Of a DNA stretch of 64,000 nt, positions 25,641-38,550 are shown one piece after another. The notes beneath the pieces are model-generated. The model saw only the letters and a program-made list of their open reading frames with translations, was not told the origin of the DNA and searched no databases. Numbering within the stretch: the stretch's first letter is position 1; each line of letters starts with the position of its first letter. Made by a program: the position numbers and the translations under genes. Source of the DNA: Octopus vulgaris (taxonomy: Eukaryota); the NCBI GenBank assembly GCA_951406725.2, contig OX597821.1, forward strand, positions 28,148,001 to 28,212,000. Reading direction: 5' to 3'.

Positions 25641-25900
25641 ATTCTTAGAAATACCTTCTGCCTTCTACAACCTGTCAGTGCACTGAGATTTGCCTCGATC
25701 ATTTACATTTTATCACAATTGCACATTTTGTCGATAGAATATCGATTTTCTTGAAATACGTTCTGTCCACATGTGTTTATAGATGTGAATGCTTATTCAC
25801 AACTGCCCGCATCCACGTGCCATTTGGTGCTTACAATACCACTACAAATAATTGTGCGCTTTAGCGCTGTGAGAATTTTTTGGGCTGAAATACCATATTT

Positions 25901-26364
25901 AGTGCTCAAATTTGATATTTAGATACCGACGGTATCAGGGCGTGAATAAGTCTTGAAAATATACAAAAATCGGTTCCAGGTGAGAATGCGATCGATAAAG
26001 CCGTGGGAACGTGCATTTGTACACGCATGTACATCGGCTGTTGTGACCGATACTACGCGTACGCGAGAAAAATGCACGTGCAGTTTGCGCAAAAAACCCG
26101 GCTGGCTACAAAATGCAGCATATTTTTTAAAAAAATAAGATGCAAAAGAGATATTTTCTTCAAAATTGTCATGAGTGAAAGAAAGACTATTTGGCTTTTC
26201 CAGAAGTTTTTTTTTTTTTGCCTTAAATTCGTTTAACAAAACCAAAAAATTTTATTTAAATAAAGGCATGCTTAATTATTTTTTCATGAAAAGAAAACAC
26301 TGATTGCTTTTTAGACAGCAGAAATGATTCAGCACCGTCCATTAGACGGGGGGCGTTTTGCTCG
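25901..26364 (+). mobile_element. Non-autonomous Helitron-like element, 5'-truncated
   Basis: Shares CTCAAATTTGATAT..AGATACCGACGGTATCAGGGCGTG and the 3' hairpin + CTCG end with 26374-26913. Confidence 0.65.
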
Positions 26365-26373
26365 TATATATAT

Positions 26374-26913
26374 TCTATTATGTAAAATCCGATCTGTCTG
26401 TCTGTGTATCTTCTAGGATCTCGGGCATCATCCATCCGATTGCGCTCAAATTTGATATGTAGATACCGACGGTATCAGGGCGTGTATACATCTTGATAAA
26501 TTCACAAAAATCGATTCCAGGTGAGAATGCGATCGATAAAGCCGTTTTTGTCCTGTTTTTCTTCCGTCAACCTGTACATAACTGCACCTTCCATTTTTGT
26601 TGTTTTTGTACTCTTAATGTCATGTTTCTTTCCTGCCAGGTTTACTGTTTAAACTGTGTTTGTGTCCTCCCAGTCAACAGCCTTATAATTAATGGTACTT
26701 TAAACTCTTCGGTAGCATATTTATGTGAATAAAATCGTTTTTCTTTGGAATAGAAAAAGAGTCTATCTGTATTTTTTCTTTTGCTGGTGTCTCAAATTTT
26801 GGTTAAAACAGTGTTTCTCAAAGGGACAGTCGGACAAGTTGATTTGAGAAAATTTGGTTTAAATATTTGACAACTCAGCGCCGTCCATTGGACGGGGGGG
26901 GGCGTTTTGCTCG
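26374..26913 (+). mobile_element. Non-autonomous Helitron-like element
   Basis: 5' TCTATTATGTAAAATCC..(CTGT)n; 3' hairpin CCGTCCA-t-TGGACGG followed by ...TTGCTCG|T. Confidence 0.7.
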
Positions 26914-26920
26914 TATATAT

Positions 26921-27341
26921 ACTCTTTACTCTTTTACTCTTTTACTTGTTTTAGTCATTTGACTGTGGCCATGCTGGGACACCACATTTAGTCGAGCAAA
27001 TCGACCCCAGGACTTATACTTCATAAGCCTAGTATTTATTCTATCGGTCTCCTTTGCTGAACCGGTAAGTTACGGAGACGTAAACAAACCAGCATCGGTT
27101 GCCAAGCAATGATGAAGGGGACAAACAGAGATACACAAACATATACACACACGTACATATATATATATACATATATACGACGGGCTTCTTTCAGTTTCCG
27201 TCTACCAAATCCACTCACAAGGCTTTGGTCGGCCCGAGGCTATAGTAGAAGACACTTGCCCAAGTTGCCACGCAGTGGGACTGAACCCGGAACCATGTGG
27301 TTGGTAAGCAAGCTACTTACCACACAGCCACTTCTGCGCCT
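26921..27341 (-). mobile_element. Full-length SINE family A
   Basis: Head AGGCGCAGAAGTGGCTGTGTGGTAAG, B box GGTTCAGTCCC, internal microsatellite, GTAAAAGA tail. Confidence 0.92.
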
Positions 27342-27914
27342 ATATATATACATATATACATTTTCTGTATTCTCGCAAAACATGCCGTGTAATTATGTGA
27401 TATATTACATAGAAATGTGTTGGAAAATATGTTCTGATTATGTACGACACCTCTGGCATGATCAATAATTATTTAAGAAATTACGATGGAAATAAAAAAA
27501 TAAAGTACATTTGACTGAAGCAACAAAGCTGTTGAAATAAACACTTTTATATGTTTAAACAATGAGTCAGTGTTGTATGCAAGTATACATACACAACAGA
27601 CACACATACGTGACTCTGAAAGCAAACTCATATGATTAATCACAGATGGTATTCTCACATGTATACACAGAGAAGAGAAAAGAACGAACACGCACACACA
27701 TGTACACGCCAAAATGTATAGTTACACACAAACACACCTACATACACAAACACACACAAACAAAAGCATACACACACACGTACGTATGCTTCTGTGTAGT
27801 TCAAAACAAAATTACGATGGCGTAATTCCAAACTAGTAATAAACCGAAAATGTCCTATAAACTAGGGGTTTCTAAAAGCATTGTCCTAAAAATATTTACA
27901 CATAAATCACCAGT

Positions 27915-28381
27915 ATAAAGCTACGCGGAAGCGTATGAAGAATTAGACCTACTTTCAGTCTAGAAAATTAAAGTACCCCCTCACGGCTACGAGTTTAACC
28001 ATACACGCATGCACACAGATTGCCTTTTTATCCAATATATGTATATTATTGTGTTTTCTATGTGTGAGTATATAACCTATGCATATCTATAAGGCGTTTT
28101 TATACTATATATATATAGTTAATCCAAACAAGAAATAACAAAAAAAAAAAATAAAGCTACGCGGAAGCGTATGAAGAATTAGACCTACTTTCAGTCTAGA
28201 AAATTAAAGTACCCCCTCACGGCTACGAGTTTAACCATACACGCATGCACACAGATTGCCTTTTTATCCAATATATGTATATTATTGTGTTTTCTATGTG
28301 TGAGTATATAACCTATGCATATCTATAAGGCGTTTTTATACTATATATATATAGTTAATCCAAACAAGAAATAACAAAAAA
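27915..28381 (+). repeat. Apparently identical 236-bp tandem duplication joined at a poly-A run
   Basis: 27915-28150 repeats from 28151. Confidence 0.9.
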
Positions 28382-28443
28382 CCACAACAACGCGAGGACG
28401 TGGAACAAATATAGTATTATTAGACGCTCAGGAAAGAAGGAGG

Positions 28444-28478
28444 GTTTAACGTTTCGAGCGGAGCTCTTCGTCGGAAAC
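28444..28478 (-). ncRNA. Minimal hammerhead motif in family A pLTR (CCGACGA-A core)
   Basis: GTTT-CCGACGA-A-GAGC tcc GCTC-GAAA-CG-TT^AAAC. Confidence 0.7.
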
Positions 28479-28601
28479 ATAGGAGAAGGAAAGATTCAGA
28501 GAAGGGAAGACAGAGGAAAAAAATTGAGCAGGTTGTGGCGCAAGAGTACAGCAGGGATATGTGGGTCGCGACTCATAGTTTGGGAACAATTGGTTTACAC
28601 T

Positions 28602-30306
28602 ATTTTCGAAAAATTTTTGGGTAAAATTTTCGAAAAATTTTTGGGTAAAATTTACGTGGGAAAATTTTCGAAAAATTTTCGGTTAAAATTTTCGGTTAAA
28701 ATTTTCGGTGAAAATTTTCGAAAAATTTTTGGGGAAAAATTTCGTGGAAAATTTTCCAAAAATTTTAAGTTAAAATTTTCGAAAATTTTTGGGTAAAATT
28801 TTTGTGGAAAATTTTTGGTGAAAACTTTCGAGAAATTTTTGGGTAAAATTTTCGGTGAAAATTTTCGAAAAATTTTTGGGTAAAATTTTCGGTGAAAATT
28901 TTCGAAAAATTTTTGGGTAAAATTTTCGTGGAAAATTTTCGAAAAATTTTCGGTTAAAATTTTCGGTTAAAATTTTCGGTGAAAATTTTCGAAAAATTTT
29001 TGGGGAAAAATTTCGTGGAAAATTTTCCAAAAATTTTAAGTTAAAATTTTCGAAAAATTTTTGGGTAAAATTTTTGTGGAAAATTTTTGGTGAAAACTTT
29101 CGAAAAATTTTTGGGTAAAATTTTCGGTGAAAATTTTCGAAAAATTTTTGGGTAAAATTTTCGGTGAAAATTTTCGAAAAATTTTGGGTAAAATTTTCGT
29201 GGAAAATTTTGGGTGACAATTTTCGAGAAAATTTTTGGGTACAATTTTCGAAAAATTTTTGGGTAAAATTTTCAGTGATAATTTTCGAAAAAACTTTTGG
29301 GTAAAATTTTCGCGGAAAATTTCCGAAAATTTTTGGTTAAAATTTTCGGTGAAAATTTTCGAAAAATTTTTGGGTAAAATTTCCGGTGAAAATTTTCGTG
29401 GAAAATTTTCGGTGAAAACTTTCGAGAAATTTTTGGATAAAGTTTTCGGTGAAAATTTTCGAAAAATTTTTGCGGAAAATTTTCGGGACAATTCGAAAAA
29501 TTTTCGTGGAAAATTTTCGGTGAAAATTGAAATTTTCGGTAAAATTTTTGGGTACAATTTTCGAAAAATTTTTGGGTAAAATTTTCAGTGTATAATTTTC
29601 GAAAAAACTTTTGGGTAAAATTTTCGCGGAAAATTTCCGAAAAATTTTTGGTTAAAATTTTCGGTGAAAAATTTTTGGGTAAAATTTTCCGGTGAAAATT
29701 TTCGTGGAAAATTCTCGGTGAAAACTTTCGAGAAATTTTTGGATAAAGTTTTCGGTGAAAATTTTCGAAAAATTTTTGCGGAAAATTTTCGTGGACAATT
29801 TTCGAAAAATTTTCGTGGAAGATTTTCGGTGAAAACTTCGAAAAATTTTGGGTAAAGTTTTCGTTGAAAATTTTCGAAAAATTTTTTCGTGGAAAATTTT
29901 CGAAAAATTTTTTGGCAAAATTTCCCTGGAAATTTTTGAGCAAAATTTTCCTGGAAAATTTTGGGTGAAAATTTTCTAAAAATTTTCCTGGAAAATTTTC
30001 GAAAAAATTTTTGGGTACAATTTTCGTGGAAAATTTTCGAAACATTTTTGGGCAAAATTTTCCTGGAAAATTTAAAAAAAATTTCGGTGAAAATTTTCGA
30101 AAAATTTTTGGGTAAAATTTTCGAAAAATTTTTGGTTAAAATTTTCGGTGAAAATTTTCGAAAAAGTTTTGGGTAAAATTTTCGAAAAATTTTTGGGTAA
30201 AATTTTCGTGGAAAATTTTCGGTGAAAACTTTCGAAAAATTTTTGGGTAAAGTTTTCGGTGAAAATTTTCGAAAAATTTTTGGTGAAGATTTTCGGTGAA
30301 AATTTC
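28602..30306. repeat. Low-complexity satellite of A4-5T4-5 blocks separated by CG/GGGT/CGGTG/CGTGG spacers
   Basis: Direct reading. Source of the spurious FSKIFTEN/KIFRKFS ORFs. Confidence 0.9.
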
Positions 30307-30383
30307 CTGATGAGAAGATTGCATAATGCACCCTTTATTCCTTCGGAATGAAAATATGCTGTCTTCGAAACATGTATCGAAAG
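30303..30383 (+). ncRNA. Type I hammerhead ribozyme, canonical core, extended stem II (family B)
   Basis: TTTC-CTGATGA-GAAGA...(TTTATTCC ttc GGAATGAA)...TCTTC-GAAA-CATGTA-TC^GAAAG; homologous to 9389-9471. Confidence 0.85.
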
Positions 30384-30430
30384 TAAAGGTATTTTGTTAA
30401 CATCTTCGTTCGACTCCATTCTTTCATTTA

Positions 30431-30471
<41 letters not shown>

Positions 30472-31527
30472 TCCTATATTTACATATTGCTTCCATTGAT
30501 GTATATTTTTGTTCGTCTCTCATCAAATTAGATTTAAACACGCGGAGTTTGTTGTTATTTTAGAAGTTGTTAATGTGAAATATCGCTAAATATCCGTTAT
30601 TGCTGTGGAAGTTGTTGGCTGTGTTCTCTCTGTTTATTCCCGTGCTGATCGCTTGTTGCTTTCGCGGTTTGTGTTTACACTTGTATTGAAATATTCTACT
30701 TTGTGCCAGACCAGTGGCCAAAGATAAATTCTTACTAGAAAGACAACTTCGGTAAGAATATATAAAGAACATAGGGTTTCACTATACAGGGTGTTACAGG
30801 TGTTATAAAGACAATTACAAGTTACCAAGCAACTACAAAAACGACCCCACCTATAGACTTGTACAATTTTAGCATTAAAAATCAGGAAGTATGATTATTT
30901 CATGGATGTCGAGTTTTAAATAGATAAACCAACTCTGCAATTTTATTAAACATTCACCTACTGCGAGTAACTCTGGATTTTCATCCTATAGGTCATGGCG
31001 ACATCATAGATACAAAGGGGGTCGCGAGGACGGTTGATAGTGAAAATAAAATAGAAAAAGCGTGTGGCAGTATATAATGGGTGTGATTATTTAACGGTTA
31101 TGGAAATGTGACAGTTTCGAGCACGATTGGAAAGAACTTATCGAAGCGGCTGTTGTTTAAATCTCAGTTTTGTCAATCAAAATAACCCACGGTAACAAAA
31201 CATCCAGACATTATTATTATTCGCATAGAACAGCGGGGGTTAAATCTTAGTTTGATATTTTGAAACACTAAAGATCCCGCTCGAGCATTTATAGCAAACA
31301 AACCACAGGGCCTACTTTTACCCACTCCGATATTTACACTCGGCTAGTTATACATAGCTATGAGTAGCTATGTAATTTGAAAATTTGAGTCGACCAAACA
31401 GAAACTATCGTCCACAAAGAATATCATCTACAAAGTTTTCTAATCATATTGATATTATTGAAAGGAATATGATTCATAATTTAAAGAAGGACATTTGTGA
31501 ACTTTCAATGTGTAAAATAGTGTAAAC

Positions 31528-31966
31528 CAATCGTTCCCAAACTATGAGTCGCGACCCACAGATGGGTCGCGAATGGAATCTTAGTGGGTCGCAAAAGGTT
31601 ATAAAATGTGTACAGTTCTGGGCGTCTCTTCAAACATCGTACCCAATCATTTCTACCAAAGCATTAAAAGTACTTCTCCCTTTCACGTCATCTTATATTT
31701 GTGAAGCTGAATTTTCAGCAATGGTTGGGATTATAAGCAAATATCGAAATAAACTGCAGCTCTCAAATTCTTTACGCCTGAAACCATCATGCATTGAACC
31801 TGATGTTAATTCTATTATTGAGAGTAGCAAGAAACAGGCTCATCCTTCTCACAGGCCTCACTGAAGATGTAATCTGAAATAAATGTGTTAATTTCATTAA
31901 TGTTTTTACTCATAAACTACTGTGATAAATAGTGGGTCGCGACTCCAAAAAGATTGGGAACCACTG
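31528..31966 (+). mobile_element. Internally deleted hAT (Buster/Charlie-like) transposon retaining the C-terminal dimerisation domain
   Basis: TIRs CAATCGTTCCCAA / TTGGGAACCACTG; 8-bp TSD GTGTAAAC; peptide FW...YP..STKALKVLLPFTSSYICEAEFS...KYRNKL...QAHPSH. Confidence 0.93.
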
Positions 31967-32833
31967 GTGTAAACACCTAAAATAAAATTATAGCTAAGTA
32001 ACATTTTATTTTCTTAATTCTTTCTTTGTAGCTGTCGAAGATGGCTCTGGCTTTCTTTAGGAGTGATCCACATAACCATTCAGTATACAGAGTGCTGGGA
32101 GCCTATTTCAGTTTGGGAGTTAATCGTCATCACGTGTCACTTAGTCGCAAACAAATGACATATAGCTGCATTTAGAATGCTGTATCACCAGCAATAAATT
32201 GATTTCTCTAAGACGTCACCCAGTAACGTACCAAGTCCATTTACACATTTCTCAAAACATACAGTTGTTATGACTTCCCTCCCTCATTTCATGCCTCCAT
32301 CATTGATGGACATACATACATGCATGTGCGTGGGAGTGTTTACATATATTTTCTATCTATTCATTAAAATAGACACTCATACACGCAAGAAGGAAGAGAA
32401 CTTTACCAAACTATACAAAATCTAGTCGTAATGCCACATACGATATCTTTCAGATAGCGAGTTTGCTTTAAATGAATTAAAGTACATATGGCTAAAGCTT
32501 CATTGGGTTTACAACATACTCAGATATAGACGCACACGCCCATGTACACTCACACAATATACTAGTAAATACATACTAGAATATATTTACACAAATATAT
32601 ATATATACAAATATACACAAGCATATGTATATATATATATATACATATTTATATTTAAGCACACACATATATACGCATATATATATACATGTTTGTATAT
32701 TTATATATATATATACACTCACACATATATACGTATGTGATAATATAGATATGGTGGTATGTATATATAGATATATGTATGCATATTTCAATATATATAT
32801 ATATACATACATATATATAAATATATATATATA

Positions 32834-32898
<65 letters not shown>

Positions 32899-33096
32899 GC
32901 ATGTCTATCGTCTATCTTTCCGTGTTGCCATTAATAATTTCTGTCGATATTTCTTTCAACACGATAAGAGCCTGTCACTAAATGAGTGACAAGTCTTCTT
33001 TCAATGAAGTTCAAAATACAATAAACCGATTAAAGTTGTTGCCCAACTTCTGAAAAGCCTCACGTCAATTTAAGCATGAACAGCACACAAACGCGC

Positions 33097-33151
<55 letters not shown>

Positions 33152-34664
33152 TAGATAGATAGATAGATAGATATACATATATATATATACATACATGTAT
33201 ATATATATATTTATTTATTTATATTAATATGTGTTTGTAAATGGGTGAGCATGTGTTGCCAACTCTGTTTGTGTGTGTGCATTGTGCTTATGCTGATATA
33301 TTAACATACATGTGTGTATATATACTCATTTCTGCTGATTTACATTCATAACATACACGTATTATATGTATATATATATATATATACATAGACGCATATA
33401 TATACATACGTACATTCATATGTATAATTATGTACACGTAAATATAGATACATTGATAGAAAGATAGATAAATAGATAGATCGATATGCATTATTTTGTA
33501 TATTAAAATGTTTTTGCGTGATGTATGTAACTAGTTTTGAATATTTTATGCGTTGATTGTGTATATAAATGTCTATGTATTTAGACAGTGCATACATGAC
33601 AGCGTTATATTATAAATATTTACTTTCTCTTGTGTTTATAATCTCTTGTTTGTGAAGCAAGTGTATTTTGAAGTCACATTTGAAATTGACTGAATATGTA
33701 TTGTCTTCATTGTTGTATATTTTCCATTAATTAAAATGTGCTTGTTGCCTTTTTTGTTCATATCGCCGCATATTGCGGTCATATATGTCTTTCTATAAAT
33801 ATATGTTTTGTAGTTCTTTCAGCTTTTCTCAACAGCGCTCATCAGATAAAATTTTCTTTCGATGTAGAAGTATTAAGCTACTATCTTTAATAGCCACGTT
33901 GTTCTATACAATCTTACTCAACATATTATGAATCTAAATTGTTCATATCTCTGCCATTTTGTCCATAAACCACGTTGCATTCGTCCAGAAAATAAAGCTT
34001 TTATATTCCTTGCCACAACATGTAACGTATTCAATGCAATTTCCTCGTGACCTCTCTGTGTTCATTATATTTTCTGAGTAGCATTTCCTGCTCTGATGAC
34101 TGTGTTCATTTCTTTAAACATTTATTTTAGATATCTTTCGAGAATTGCATTACAACAAGACAACAGGGCTGTAATAGACATTTTAATATAGTTTTCTTTC
34201 TTCTGTGTGAGAGACTACAGCTACGTCTAAAAATACTAAGAGTCTGATAAGCTTTGACATGCATTTTCATTTCTTCCTTCCTTTTCAGATGTGCTTTATT
34301 TTCACTCGTATTTTTGCTTCATTACAGATAAAAGTAGGAGACTAATCTTTTTATTTTCTTTTTTTAGTTGCTTTCTGTGTTTGATTTACGTAACTGCCAA
34401 TAGAAACACCATTGAAGACAGACGGATTTACTTAAGACTTTCTAAATATTGGTGAACAATGAAATAAAATGAGAAGAATAAAATAAGAAAAGTGAAACTT
34501 TAATAAAAGAAAATCGATAAACTCCATACAGGAAATTCTTTATCTATCTCTCATTATTTTGCCTTTCTCTTCAGCTTCCTCACACGTTCAAAGAATTCTG
34601 TGCAGAATATTGGAATGACCTTTCTTGATATGATCTTATCTTAAAGGCGATAGATAAAAACATA

Positions 34665-34764
<100 letters not shown>

Positions 34765-35257
34765 CTATGTATGTATGTATGTATGTATTTATGTATGTAT
34801 ATATATACATACATATATATATATATATGTATATATATGCATATATGTGTATATGTATATATGTATATATATTATATTTATATATGTGTGTATTGATGTT
34901 ATATATGGATGTATGGGTGCGTGCGTGTGTGTCTCTGTCTCTGTCTGTGTGTGCCGACGAGAGGTAAAAAGTTATTAAAAATATTAGATGTTGTAGAGGC
35001 GTGCATATATACCTCTGAGTATTGGAATAATTTTTAATTATTCAGAAACTATTGTTAAAAGATTTTTCCAGAAATGGATTACTCACTTTCTATGGTGAAA
35101 ATGCTTTCTGGTTTGAGTAAACTGACTGACAGAATATAGCATCGTAGTATTAAATATTAAACTCAGGATTTTAGGTAATGCATGTGTGTTTGTGTGCGTG
35201 CGTGTGTGAGTGAGTTTTTGATTGTGTGTGATCATGTGTATATATATGCCTATGCGC

Positions 35258-35300
<43 letters not shown>

Positions 35301-35392
35301 CATATAGACATATTAGCTTTTTGCGCCCTTAAACATAATTGTAGTTTATACAATTATTTCTCTCTCTCTCTCTGATACATACATACATACAT

Positions 35393-35455
<63 letters not shown>

Positions 35456-35456
<1 letters not shown>

Positions 35457-36925
35457 TAGCAGAGATACCCGGCGTTGCCCGGTTACATTCAATAGAAGAA
35501 TTAGACTTTTCTGTTATATATATGGATACACACACGCACACACACACACACACACACGCACACACACACACAAATATATGTATATTATAATAAATACATG
35601 AAAGTACATGAAGTTTGTTAAAAAAAGGGGATCATGTATATACCTCCAGGCTGTTGAGATTATAACACCTCGTTGTAAACAATGTTCCTTGTTTTTCCTT
35701 GTGGAGAATATACAAAAGAAAATTATTTTGGTTCCTACCTTTCAGCAGCCAACATACAGTTGCCTATGCGAGAAGCAGGGCTCTTCGAAGAGAAGACCAG
35801 CTACAAAGAGGGTTTGACCCTGAGATTTGTTAATGGATATGGCAAAGCTGACACAAAGGGGGAATTGCAGTCTTCTGAATGTAAATGGAATTTCTGCTCC
35901 TGATGGAGTAAGAGGAAATCTTGGAATAAAGACGTCATCACCTTTTCCACATCCAGAAAGAATGATCTCGATAACGTGTGACATCATTTTCTTTATCACC
36001 AGTCGTGTTCCATTGCAAAGTCTTGGTGGTTCCAGATTGCGGAGTAGCATTTCAGGAGTTCCAACTTTAAGTGTTAATATGTGTGGAGGTAGTCGAGGAA
36101 GCTCCAGTGAATTGAGAAATTCAGGGGGATAGTTCACAACTTCATTTATATCTGGAATTATATCAACAGACTTGTAAGTGTGTATAGTGCCGGGAAGAGA
36201 ATGCATTAGCTGTTGATTAATTTTGTTAACAGCGACGTTTTTTGGAGCTAATATTGCTCTTTCACACAGCCAATTGTGATTTTGGTAGTTTTGTGTGAAG
36301 TTGGGAAAGACTTTGTTTTTGAGGTCATCTACAGGATTAACAACAGAGGAAAATGACCACACTTCCATTTGTCCTGCAGCATCGTGAGGCATCTTTCCTT
36401 CACCAAGTGTCAAAATGTCCTGTGCAAACTTTGTGGACATTTTGTCGCCGTGTAGCTGAGCTCTCATGTTAGTGGTGAGACTAAAGATTGTAACATGATG
36501 CCACAGGGTAGAGGACTTTAGGCATGCTTGAACTTCATCAGCTCTAGTGCCTTTCGGAATGACAGGAAGAGTTTGCCTGAAATCACCTGACAACAGAAGC
36601 GTTAGACATCCCATTGGAGCCTGACAGTCTCGGATGTCTTTCAGGGCTCTACCTAATGCTTCCAAAGCTCCCTTGTGAGCCATAGAGCATTTATCCCAGA
36701 CAATTACATAACACATTTTAAGTACTTGTCCCTGATCTGAGCTTTTGTTGATGTTGTATGAAGGCATTTCGGATGTTGCTAAATTGAGAGGGAGTTTAAA
36801 AGTTGAGTGTGCTGTCTTGCCACCGGGTAATAAAGTAGCTGCAATGCCAGAGGAGGCTACAGCTACTGCAATGTCCTGATGCTACCTAATTCTGCATGGA
36901 GAAGCTTTGTAATAAATGTTTAGTT
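35456..36925 (-). mobile_element. Helitron 3' portion with PIF1-like helicase
   Basis: ORF 35742..36767 (IVWDKCSM, LLLSGDFRQTLPV, ERAILAPKN, LCNGTRL, INKSQGQT). 3' hairpin CCGGGCAACGCCGG and CTAG|T terminus at 35456. Confidence 0.95.
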
Positions 36926-37253
36926 GAAACTCATTCATTTTCTTAACTTTATTCATATGTCCATTCCCGTATCTCATTTCTTCATTTATATGTTTTTCTC
37001 TTTTGTTCTCCCACTCGTGCTTCTTACTCATTTGCGATCAAATCTCTTGCGTGTTATCATGGCGTCCTTAGACAACAGTGTATCCTTCATTTAACTAAGT
37101 AATCTGCGATCTCATGAATACCTAGTGTCATGCTCTTCAATGAGTAATGGTTACTTCCGAGGTAGTCTGTATTTTACCTGCACCATTCCCTCATTTTGTA
37201 AATAAGTGTGTGTGTGCATGCGTGTGTGTGTGTGTCTCTGCATGTGCATTTGT

Positions 37254-37288
<35 letters not shown>

Positions 37289-37289
<1 letters not shown>

Positions 37290-38550
37290 AGGGTGCGATT
37301 GTCACCACATTACATTTTTAATTTCGTGCATACGCATTGTGTGTTTCTAATAGTGTCAACTACACAGTATAGCAGGGTCAGCCGTGATAAAAAAAAAAAC
37401 AGCACCATGACGCAATTCACTGTGTCAAAAGTTTGGAAACGGCATGTTGTACTGGGTGGCATTCGAGCCGGAAGATCTAATACGAACATTTCAGAGTTTT
37501 GTGAGTCAACCTGAGTGTTTGCGGTGTCCCCAAAACATGTACCGACAGGGATAAAACTCAAACATCCAGTCGACATCATAGTCGTTTAAGTGATCACTGG
37601 TAACGTTGACGTTATGCCTCCATTCATCATCCCACACGGTCTCAGACACAACACAGAGATCTACATCAAGTGCCTGGAGCAGGTAATGATGTCCTGTGTG
37701 AAGATGGTGGCTGCTGGAAGACCCTATGTCTAGCAACAGGACTCTGCACTATGCCACACGAACAGGAGAACCCAATCAAGGATGTCAGGCAATTTCTGCA
37801 GCCACATCTCTCTCTATATAAACGGCAGTTTGTCTGTGCGTGTTTCTGTGTGTCTGTTTGCTTGTACCCTCACCCTGACCACGGCTTTCAACCGATTCTG
37901 ATGAAACTTGACACACACATAGCCCAATGTCATAATTCAAAACTAACGCAGCAAAAATTTTGAAAAGTTCCCCCAGTTCTGAAAAAAATCGATAAATTCG
38001 ACATGGAGTCGAGAATCAGAAACACAAACCACAAACTGTCTAGGGGACGCAACTCCACCTTTTTTAACTAAAAAAAAATTTACCATCATTTTTTCCATTT
38101 TTTTGCTATTTTTTGGCTATAACTCTCTAAAAATGCTTTATAGTTATTTCCCTTACAAACCTGAGCAACGCCGGGCGATACTGCTAATCACCACTAAAAT
38201 CTGGCCGCTTAACTCCCCAGACTGCAACACCCTTGATTGTTATGTGTGGGGCGGAGTTGAACGAAAGACCAACAAAACTCCTTGTGGCAACAAAGATGAA
38301 TTGAAGAAAAGGAGTATTGCAGCATTCATAAACTTAAACAAGAAGACTGCCCGGAAGAGTTTCAGGAGATTCCCAATTCGTCTTGAGGGCTTGGTTGAAG
38401 CCAATTGTGATTTTATCGAAGAAATTTACTCTTTAGTATTCCAAAATATTTTAATGTATTTTTGGTAAATATGTCTGTTGAAATGATGTGTCAGTGTTTT
38501 CTTTTTTCATTTTTGCGTAAATTAGTCGACAGTTCATTCAGCGTTCCGCG
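37289..38550 (+). mobile_element. Decayed Tc1/mariner-superfamily element, interrupted by a mini-Helitron
   Basis: TA|CAGGGTGCG left end; transposase remnant WPLNSPDCNTLDCYVW; degenerate right end. Confidence 0.75.
37807..38187 (+). mobile_element. Non-autonomous mini-Helitron (381 bp)
   Basis: A|TC 5' end; 3' hairpin CCTGAGCAACGCCGGG and CTAA|T end; no TSD. Confidence 0.88.

Noticed and set aside
28524-30419. Long ORFs up to 257 aa (FSKIFTEN repeats)
   Set aside because: Open in several frames on both strands because of satellite composition; no protein signature.
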